64,000 bases of DNA. Source: Terriglobia bacterium (GTDB lineage: Bacteria; Acidobacteriota; Terriglobia; Bryobacterales; Bryobacteraceae). Each line of letters begins with the position of its first letter. Position 1 is the stretch's first letter. The stretch covers positions 23,359-87,358 of the forward strand of contig CAVXFR010000005.1 of NCBI GenBank assembly GCA_963761045.1. The letters run 5' to 3'. A program made the translations under genes and the position numbers. Shown here in pieces: positions 21,486 to 29,241 of the stretch. Below the pieces are notes generated by a model. It had not been told where the DNA came from. It saw nothing but the letters and a program-made list of their open reading frames with translations, and searched no databases.

Positions 21486-23357
21486 TTACTCAAGTGAGAA
21501 CGCCAGCAACACATTGCCGAAATTGCCGCCGCTGACTGCGTATCCGGATCCTATGAATACCATCCCGTTCACGATGGTGGGACCGATGGAATTAATCGCG
21601 CCGCCGTGGGCGGCAACTTTATTGACCGTATCAAAATCCCGGGCGGTATTGTATTCCCAGATGACTTTTCCGTCGCTGGTGGAAAGAGCACGCAAGATGC
21701 CGTCCGATCCGCCCACGAAGGCTACTCCGGGAATCGCACTCACGGCCGCCGCGTTGTTCACGCGCGGGCCAACTTTCGCCAGAGGCGTGTACCAAACTTT
21801 TTCTCCCGTGGTGAGCTTCAGCGCGGACATGCCGCCGGAGCTGAGCCCGTAATAGACGTTGCTATTGTCCGCCGCTCCGCCCCACACGATCCCGCCGAAA
21901 CGCGCGAATCCCTTGGACCCCGGGGGCGGTGGAGGCGCCGCATTGGTCATCCACAGAAGGGCGCCCTTCTTATCCGGATCGAGCGCGAAGACGCGGCCGT
22001 CCTTGGCTGCCGTGAGCAGAATTCGCTTGCCGTTGGGCATTGTCTTGAGGATCGGCGAATTGCCGATATCCAGGTCCGGTCCGGGATTCTTGGGGCAGTT
22101 GTCGGATTTGTTCACGCCGCCGCCGCAGCCGCCCATGAAGGCGTCGTTTTCCTGGATCTGGTAGTGCCACAGTTCCTTGCCGGTTTTCAGATCCAGAGCC
22201 ATGACAGCGTCGCTGGTTTTGGCGGCAGGCTCGGTTTCCGAGTCGCCGGTTCCGAAATAGATGGCGTTGAGCTTGGTATCGATGGTCGGGGAATTCCACA
22301 CCGAAGCGCCCGCGGGCGCATAGAGCTGCACGCCCTTGGAATTCTTTCGAACCGGCTTGGGCTCATCCACCACATAGGTCTTCCACAGCCGCTCGCCGTT
22401 GCTGGCATCGAATGCAACCACGCTGCCGCGCGAGGTGCAGCAGGGATAATCCAGATTCCCCGCCTGAAATTCTTCCGAGGACGATACCGGCACGTACACT
22501 TTGCCGTCGTGGAAGATGGGAGCCGCGGTTATGCGCGCGATGAAGTGGTCATCCGCCCGGGTGGTCCATAATTCCTTGCCGGTCTGCGCGTCGAGTCCGT
22601 ACACGTAGGTGCGAAAATCGCCGAAGAAGACGCCGTACTTGGTGGAACCCTTGCCCTTCACCGGTCCCACGCTGAGCGCGCCTCGAACGGCTGCTTTGGT
22701 CTGGAACGACCAGTAGACACAGCCGGTCCTGGCGTCCAGCGAATAGACGTAGCCGGTATCGGTGCCCAAAAACACGCGGCCTGAAACGATGGTTGGCTGG
22801 TTGTACGCTGATAAGCCGGTCGGTACGCCGAAGGCCCACTTCAGTTTCAGGTTGGGCACCTGGGCCGCGGTGAGTCCCGCATTCCTAGCGGATTGGAAGC
22901 GAGTGTTGCCCATGTCCACGCCCCACCCGTTCCAGGCGGGTCCGGAGGCCGGGTCGGCCATGGGGGGATTGGCCGCGCAATGGTTGGGCATGCTCGCCGC
23001 CGAGCCTTCATTCAGGCTGCCGAGCGGGCGGGCGGACATGAACGTGGCCAGCATGCGGCGCTGATCTTCGCTCAAGGCGCTGCCCTGGGTTTTCATGCTG
23101 CCGGTGGTCAACGATGCGTAAATCCGCTCCGGCGACATCTGGCGGACCTGCTCGGGCGAAGGCGCCGCCGGGACAGCGGGGTTTCCGTGGCAGCCCATGC
23201 AGCGGGTCTGGAACGCGGCCCATCCGGATTCGGTCCCGGCCGATCCGCCCTGTTTGCCTTTGGCTCGTGGCGCTTGCGCGCGCACCTCGACGGTCCAGGA
23301 AAAATACGCGGAGCTTACGGCGGCGAGCAGTGCTGCGAGGTGGAGAGTGCGTTTCAT
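21486..23357 (-). CDS. Cytochrome c-fused PQQ-type beta-propeller dehydrogenase-like protein, paralog 2 (intact)
   Basis: 623 aa with a signal peptide, heme motif CMGCH, repeated propeller blades and the vicinal Cys pair DYPCCTSRGS. C-terminus NVLLAFSLE. Confidence 0.85.
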   Translation of the reverse strand: MKRTLHLAALLAAVSSAYFSWTVEVRAQAPRAKGKQGGSAGTESGWAAFQTRCMGCHGNPAVPAAPSPEQVRQMSPERIYASLTTGSMKTQGSALSEDQRRMLATFMSARPLGSLNEGSAASMPNHCAANPPMADPASGPAWNGWGVDMGNTRFQSARNAGLTAAQVPNLKLKWAFGVPTGLSAYNQPTIVSGRVFLGTDTGYVYSLDARTGCVYWSFQTKAAVRGALSVGPVKGKGSTKYGVFFGDFRTYVYGLDAQTGKELWTTRADDHFIARITAAPIFHDGKVYVPVSSSEEFQAGNLDYPCCTSRGSVVAFDASNGERLWKTYVVDEPKPVRKNSKGVQLYAPAGASVWNSPTIDTKLNAIYFGTGDSETEPAAKTSDAVMALDLKTGKELWHYQIQENDAFMGGCGGGVNKSDNCPKNPGPDLDIGNSPILKTMPNGKRILLTAAKDGRVFALDPDKKGALLWMTNAAPPPPPGSKGFARFGGIVWGGAADNSNVYYGLSSGGMSALKLTTGEKVWYTPLAKVGPRVNNAAAVSAIPGVAFVGGSDGILRALSTSDGKVIWEYNTARDFDTVNKVAAHGGAINSIGPTIVNGMVFIGSGYAVSGGNFGNVLLAFSLE

Positions 23358-23387
23358 GGTCAGATTCCTTACGATTATTTTGCTTTT

Positions 23388-24185
23388 CTATTTTACAGCC
23401 GCGAGCCCTTCACTCATCTCTATATAAGTTCCGAAGGGATCGGTGATCAGGCACACGGCCAGATCCATGTTCTTGGCCCGCGTGTACCCCTTGCCGTCCA
23501 GCTTGATGCCGGCGCCGTCGAGCCGGGTGCATTGATCCTTCAGGTTCCTGACTTCAAGCCCGATGCGATCGAACGCGCGGCCCTTGGTGGGCGCGACCGG
23601 CCCCTTGGCTTCAACGAACAGGAGGCGGTGGCCGGGAATATCGGCGACGGTCTCTTTTCCGTCCTTGACCAGCTTGGCTCCGAACCACTTCTGATACCAG
23701 GCCTGGGCTTGCTTGACGTTGGGGACGTCCATCTGGATCATGTCGGAGGCGACCGGCGTCTGGAGCGAGCGGTCTTCGGTGAGGCGAACCTTGATGGCGT
23801 CCGGGGTGAGGAGAAATGCCTGCTTCGCGGTAGCGCCGGGCATGGGCTGGAAGCCGGCGGCGTACATCTTGGCGAGAGTTTCCTTGAGGTTCTTGACCTT
23901 GTATCCGACGTACTCGACCGACGATCCTTCGGTGCCGCCCGTGTTATCGCCCTTGCGCATCAGATAAAGGACGCCGGGGAACTTAGTCAGCTTGAAAGTG
24001 CCGAGCTGGCCGGGCTGCGCGCCGAGAGCGTTCCAGAAGCGGTTGGCTCCATCGAGGTCCTTGACGATCATGATGTCGTGCCCGGCGGAGACTCCGGCGG
24101 CGTTGGGAGCCGGGAGCTGTGCGAGCATCGGAAGCGCCCCGAAGCCCAAGCACAGGAGGGTCGCGGGCAGCGGACGGATTTTCAT
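23388..24185 (-). CDS. Secreted VOC/glyoxalase-fold protein (two-module)
   Basis: 265 aa with signal peptide LLCLGFGALPMLAQ. Two repeats of a glyoxalase-like beta-alpha-beta pattern (...FWNALGAQP...; ...AWYQKWFGAKL...DRIGLEV...DPFGTYIEM). Family call is moderate. Confidence 0.55.
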   Translation of the reverse strand: MKIRPLPATLLCLGFGALPMLAQLPAPNAAGVSAGHDIMIVKDLDGANRFWNALGAQPGQLGTFKLTKFPGVLYLMRKGDNTGGTEGSSVEYVGYKVKNLKETLAKMYAAGFQPMPGATAKQAFLLTPDAIKVRLTEDRSLQTPVASDMIQMDVPNVKQAQAWYQKWFGAKLVKDGKETVADIPGHRLLFVEAKGPVAPTKGRAFDRIGLEVRNLKDQCTRLDGAGIKLDGKGYTRAKNMDLAVCLITDPFGTYIEMSEGLAAVK

Positions 24186-24250
24186 ACTCCCGCAAGCATA
24201 TCACTCCCGTTTCGGGCCCGTTTCGAACCCGCTTCGTGCCTGGGGCCGAA

Positions 24251-24996
24251 TCAACGGGCGCGCAGGCGGAAATCGCCCTTGTAGGACTTGAGCCGCAGCT
24301 CCGGGCCGCCTCCGTTGACCTGCGATCGATAGGTCCGGTCGCGCGAATTCGACGCTCGTACAGATCGTTCGAAGTCGCTGTCCAGATCGGCGCGGCGCCC
24401 CAGATCGGTCGACAGATCGAAACGGCTTTCGCGGGGCAGCCGCAGATCGATGGTGCCCTTGTACGTTTCGACGCTGCTGCGGGCGGTGAAGGCGGTGAAT
24501 TCGGCCCGGATTTCGCCTTTGTAGGTGTTCGCCGTCAGCCCGCCGGAAAAGTTCCACAACTGCACGGAGCCTTTGTAGGTGTTGACTTCCAGGTTCGCGG
24601 CCAGATCGCGGACTTCGCTCGTGGATTTGTAGTCCTTGATGCGCAGGCTGGCCGTGCGGGGCATCCGAATCGTGTAGCGATACAGGGGCGGGGCTCCATC
24701 CAGCAGGAGAAAGACCATTGATTGGTGCTCGTGATCCGCACATCGGAAGAAGAGGCGTCGAAGCGTACGTCGGCGCGCTTCACGGTCTGTGCGAAGATGT
24801 CGCCGTCTTCCTCGATCCGGACATCGACATCGACTTCGTTGCGATTCCAGGTCGAGACGCGGATGGATCCCTTGTAGGTGTCGATGGTTACGTGGCCGCG
24901 GCCGTCCAGCGGGAAAGTACGGTGGATATCCTTCGAGTCGGCGGCGGTCAGGAGTCCGGCCGCGGTTGCGATCAGGACGATGGCGCGAAAGAGCAT
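24251..24996 (-). pseudogene. DUF4097-like (putative adhesin/beta-solenoid) secreted protein, frame change near 24700-24722
   Basis: N-terminal part in ORF 24535-24996 (MLFRAIVLIATAAG...HVTIDTYKGSIRV...VRITSTNQ). The repetitive continuation LLDGAPPLYRYTIRMPRTASLRIKDYKS...NTYKGSVQL...NTYKGEIRA...ETYKGTIDL...KSYKGDFRLRAR is in the ORF 24251-25045 frame. Confidence 0.65.
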
Positions 24997-25072
24997 AATT
25001 CACTCTACTCGCGGGGGAGCGCGGGGTTACCGTGTTTTCGGCCAAAGGCCGCCCGCTACCGGCGAGCGGCGG

Positions 25073-25645
25073 CTACCAGACGCCCGGAATCAGGGCATTC
25101 ACCTCGTGGCGATACTGTTCGTACTCGGCGCCGAACTTTTCGATCATGAAACGTTCTTCGAGGCGGGATTTGTAGCCCCAGGAAAGCACAACCAGGGCCG
25201 TGGCGACCAGTCCGCTGATTTCGCCAAAGGCGATCGCCGTTCCGAACGTAGCCAGCATGAAACCCGAATAGATGGGGTGCCGCACGATGGCATACGGCCC
25301 GCTCCGGACGAGTTTGTGGTCCTTCTGGACGGTGATGAGCCCGCCCCAGTTGCGGCCGATGGCGAAGCGCGCCCACAGTGCAAACCCCAGCCCCGCGACC
25401 GTCAGGAGGAATCCAATGTAGGCCGCGGCGGGCCCCATGGGAACGAATCGTTCGCTCAATAAGCCCGGCTGGAATCTCGGACTGAACAAAAGGAACCAGC
25501 CGAGCATGACGCCCCACACCAGGAGGCGGGCGCGGACGTCGGATCTGGAGCCTACCGTGTTCTTAACCGTGAAACCGCTGATGGCCCAGATAATGAAGAT
25601 CGCCGCCCACATCGGACCAATGATTTCGGGGACGCGCGTCCACAT
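25073..25645 (-). CDS. Isoprenylcysteine carboxyl methyltransferase (ICMT/PEMT-like) family membrane methyltransferase
   Basis: 190 aa, multi-TM, with the signature RSGPYAIVRHPIYSGFML...EERFMIEKFGAEYEQY. Confidence 0.8.
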   Translation of the reverse strand: MWTRVPEIIGPMWAAIFIIWAISGFTVKNTVGSRSDVRARLLVWGVMLGWFLLFSPRFQPGLLSERFVPMGPAAAYIGFLLTVAGLGFALWARFAIGRNWGGLITVQKDHKLVRSGPYAIVRHPIYSGFMLATFGTAIAFGEISGLVATALVVLSWGYKSRLEERFMIEKFGAEYEQYRHEVNALIPGVW

Positions 25646-25690
25646 CTGAGTTTCCGGAACTACTTCGCTGCTTGGGCGAGTGAGGCCTCG

Positions 25691-27110
25691 TTACTGGACG
25701 GGTGCGGGAGCTTTCGCCATGAGCTTCTTGAGCAGCGCGGCCGTGGATTCGTGCACATCCTTGCGGCTGCCGTCGAACCCTCCGCTGCCGGCGCCCAGGC
25801 CCAGCGCCTCGTCGAGGGGAGTGTTGCCGCGCCGGTCCTTGGCTTCGAGGTTCGCGCCGTGATCGGCCAGGAACTCGACCACCTGGTCATAGCCCTTGAG
25901 CGCGGCGGCGTGCAGGGCGGTTTGCCCTTGTCCGTTGGCGGCGTTGATATCGACGCCCGCGTCCAGGCACAACTGGATCGCCTGGATGGCTTCCGGCTTC
26001 GGTCTTGAAGCGGCCGGTGCCGTCTTCCTCTTTCGATCCTAGTCCCGCCGCGGCCATCAGCGGATTGATTCCCGCCCGGGTGGCGAGCTTGGCGTCGGCT
26101 CCCTTGGCCAGCAGCAGGCGCATGGCGGGCAGGTCGGCGGCTTTAGCGGCACGCAGTAACGGAGTGGTGCCGGTGGTGAGCATGGTGTCCTCGCCCCGAT
26201 CGAGTTTGGCGCGATACGGCTGCTGCTTCAACAGTTGCGCGTTAACATTGGCGCCTTTGTCGAGGAGCAACTTAATCAGGTCCATGCTGGTCATCTGATT
26301 GTCGATCACCTTGGGAGGCGGGCGGTTGTCATGCCGGTATGGTATTGAAGTCGACCGCCGCAAACAGAGGAGCCCGGCCGGTATTATCGGCCAGATTGGG
26401 ATCCGCGCCCTCGGTTGAGCAGGAAACCGGCGACGTCGTAGTGCCCGTTGATGATCGCAATCAATACCGGGCTGATTCCGTCCGGATCGGTGGTGTCGAT
26501 CTTGGCGCCCGCGTCGAGCAGGATTTGCGCGCACTCGACGCATCCCTGGCGGGCGGCGAACAGGAGTGGCGTGAGGCCGCCCAGAGGCAGCCATTTGTCG
26601 CGCGGCTCGGCGGTTCTTTGCCGTTCCCAATGGTTGATGTTCGAAACCGCATTCACATCGGCGCCGTGCGCGATCAGCTCTTTCACCATGGCCGGATGCT
26701 GTTCATTGACGGCCCACATCAGCGCGGTTTGCCCGTGCCACTGCTCGCGGGCGTCCACTTTGGCGCCATGGTCGAGCAGAACCTTCGCGGCTGCCACCAC
26801 TCCCGTGCGAGCGGCGGTCATCAGCGCCGTCTCGCCTTCGGTGGTAACAGCGTTCGGGTCCACACCGGCTTTCAGCAAGCCGTTCGATGATGGCGGCGTT
26901 GGCGTTCTGGCATGCCAGATAAAGCGGAGTGACGCCATAACGGTTGGCGGCCTTGGCGTCGGCGCCGGCGGCCAGAAGTTTGTCTACCTTGGCCAGATCA
27001 TTGGCGCGAACGGCCCAGTGCAGGGGAGTGGTCCCGTCGGGTTCGGGGGCGTTCAGGTCGGCGGCCCAACAGGAGACTGCGAGCAGAGTAAGCAACCCGG
27101 CAATGCGCAT
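25691..27110 (-). pseudogene. Secreted ankyrin-repeat protein, broken into five frame segments (four apparent +1 shifts)
   Basis: Signal peptide MRIAGLLTLLAVSCWA. Ankyrin consensus (G.TPLH.A...G....V..LL..GAD.N) continues successively through ORFs 26703-27110 and 26384-26938, a short unlisted frame (ADPNLADNTGRAPLFAAVDFNTIP), then 25887-26630 and 25691-25972. Confidence 0.8.
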
Positions 27111-27119
27111 GAAGGCTCC

Positions 27120-28448
27120 TTACGCCGTTTCGAGGACGCCCGTGCTGTCGCCCAGACTCTCGATCTCGACTCCGGATTTGTGCAGCATGGTCAGCAGGAC
27201 GTTGGTCATGGGCGTGTGATCCGGCCGTCTGATGTGCCGGCCGCCCTTCATCGTACCCCCTCCGCCGCCCAGCACCAGGGTCGGCAGCGGGAAATGATTG
27301 TGAGCGTTGCTGTTGCTCATATTGCTGCCGTACAGAATCAGCGAATGATCGAGCAGCGACCCGTCGCCATCCTGGGTGGTGTTGAGCTTTTCCAGGAACT
27401 TGGTGAACAGGGTGAGGTGATAATGCTGGATCTTGACCAGCTTCTCGATCTTATCCGCGCGGTTCTGGTGGTGCGAGGTGGCGTGATGGCCGTCGGGAAC
27501 GCCCACCTGCGGATAGGTCCGGTTGCTGACTTCGCGCGCCATCATGAAGCTGAACACGCGGCTGATGTTGGCCCGGTAGGCCAGCGTCAGCAGATCGTAC
27601 ATGATCCCGACGTGCTCCTCGTAGGAGAACGGAATGCCGGCCGGCTGTTCCGGCAGCTTCATGTTGGGGTCCACCTGCTGGCTGGCTTTCTGGATGCGCC
27701 GTTCGATTTCGCGAATGTTATCCAGATACTCGCTCATCTTCACGCGGTCCTGCGGCCCCAGGCGGGCTTCGAGGTTGGTGGTTTCCTTCATCACCGCGTC
27801 CAGGATGCTGCGGTCGTTCTGAATGCGGTCCATCCGGTCCTCGACGCTGCCGCCCTGGCCGAACATGCGCTCGAATACTTTTCTTGGATTGATCTCCATG
27901 GGGAGCGGCGTAGTGTGCGTTCTCCAGGAGAGCGTGTTCATGTAGATGCAGCCGTAATCGCGGTCGCAGGCGCCGATGAGGCCGGAATGGTCCTCGATGG
28001 CGAGTTCCATCGAGGGCAGAATATTGTCCTGCCCGATGTGCTGCGCGGCGATCTGATCGGCGGTGACGCCGGCATAGGCGTCGGTGCCCTGCGTGGGCTT
28101 GGGGCGGACGCCGCTCAACCAGGTTGTCGGGCTGAGCGAGTGGACGGCGGTGGAATCCGCGGCGCGATGTCCCGTGCCGCTGACGATGGTCAGCCGGTCG
28201 CGGAACGGTTCCAGAGGCTTGAGAATGCGGGTGAACTCGAAACCGGCGCCATCGGCGGCGGGAGTCCACTGGTCCATGATCGCGCCGTGCGGCACGTAGA
28301 CGAATCCCAGGCGCGACAAGGGCGCAGCGGCGGTCTTGCGGGTCAGCGTCTGCGCCGGAATCATGGAATCGAGCAGCGGGAGGGCCAGGGTGACGCCAAC
28401 GCCCCGCAAGAAGGTTCGGCGCGGAAGATGTTTTTTCGCGATGAACAT
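27120..28448 (-). CDS. DUF1552 domain protein with Tat-type signal
   Basis: 442 aa. N-terminus MFIAKKHLPRRTFLRGVGVTLALPLLDSM is the usual start of DUF1552 proteins, which partner with DUF1592-family proteins. Confidence 0.85.
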   Translation of the reverse strand: MFIAKKHLPRRTFLRGVGVTLALPLLDSMIPAQTLTRKTAAAPLSRLGFVYVPHGAIMDQWTPAADGAGFEFTRILKPLEPFRDRLTIVSGTGHRAADSTAVHSLSPTTWLSGVRPKPTQGTDAYAGVTADQIAAQHIGQDNILPSMELAIEDHSGLIGACDRDYGCIYMNTLSWRTHTTPLPMEINPRKVFERMFGQGGSVEDRMDRIQNDRSILDAVMKETTNLEARLGPQDRVKMSEYLDNIREIERRIQKASQQVDPNMKLPEQPAGIPFSYEEHVGIMYDLLTLAYRANISRVFSFMMAREVSNRTYPQVGVPDGHHATSHHQNRADKIEKLVKIQHYHLTLFTKFLEKLNTTQDGDGSLLDHSLILYGSNMSNSNAHNHFPLPTLVLGGGGGTMKGGRHIRRPDHTPMTNVLLTMLHKSGVEIESLGDSTGVLETA

Positions 28449-28521
28449 GATCTATCCCATCTCCTTCCAAGATACACACGGATACGCACTACCTCTTTCA
28501 TTGTGCACCTTTTCAAGGAGT

Positions 28522-29172
28522 TCAGGGGAACCGGACCATGAAGACTCCGGCCGTGTTGATCCAGGTGTCCTGAGTCTGGAGCGGAGGCACGGCGCCCAGC
28601 GGATCGCCGTTAGTTTTGCCGTGGACCAGGCGCGACTCGACGCCGATCCAAAAACGCCGGCTCCGTTCCACCGCGACATTGACTCCGGCGATCGCGTAAG
28701 AGCCCCAGCCCCCGCGCGACCGGCACGTTCGACAGTTGAAGCTGCTATCAGAACCGGCGCCGGGAACCACAACCGATTCGCCGTAATGCAAGTAGGCCGC
28801 ACCACCGCCGCCGAACAACTCAATCCGCCGGGCAGCCAGCGGAAGAATCGCGCGTCCGCCGAAGGGAACTAAAATTTCGTTGTCGCGAATTTTGATGCGG
28901 CCGATGATGGTTTGCTGTGAGTCACGCACGCCCGCCGCATGAAAAACGGCGTCCATGCCGACGTCGGCTTGAAAGTAGGGGATCGGCCGGTATCCGAATC
29001 CAATGGTCAGCAGGGGCGAGGTGGTCATGAACGACGCGAGGTCTTCACGAGGAATCGCTCCACCGGTTCCGATGCTGACGCTGAACTGGCGGGCCAGGGG
29101 TTGAGCGATTAAGGGCGCGGCCAGGGGCACCGCCAGGAGACAAGCGAGAGACAGCCGTTTTTGAGGTGTCAC
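28522..29172 (-). CDS. Putative outer-membrane beta-barrel protein
   Basis: 216 aa with signal peptide LSLACLLAVPLAAPLIAQ. Alternating hydrophobic pattern and Gly/aromatic-rich strands. No specific motif. Confidence 0.5.
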   Translation of the reverse strand: MTPQKRLSLACLLAVPLAAPLIAQPLARQFSVSIGTGGAIPREDLASFMTTSPLLTIGFGYRPIPYFQADVGMDAVFHAAGVRDSQQTIIGRIKIRDNEILVPFGGRAILPLAARRIELFGGGGAAYLHYGESVVVPGAGSDSSFNCRTCRSRGGWGSYAIAGVNVAVERSRRFWIGVESRLVHGKTNGDPLGAVPPLQTQDTWINTAGVFMVRFP

Positions 29173-29241
29173 TGCCGATTAGGATGCAGCCAGCGCGCGG
29201 CGGGTTTCAGAATCCAAGATGTACGGCCCGGGGGGACGGAC

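Noticed and set aside
26336-26345. 5-nt tandem GGTAT-GGTAT at one ankyrin junction as the frameshifting duplication
   Set aside because: A 5-nt duplication would shift the frame by +2, whereas this junction needs +1. Removing one copy creates an immediate stop in the expected frame.
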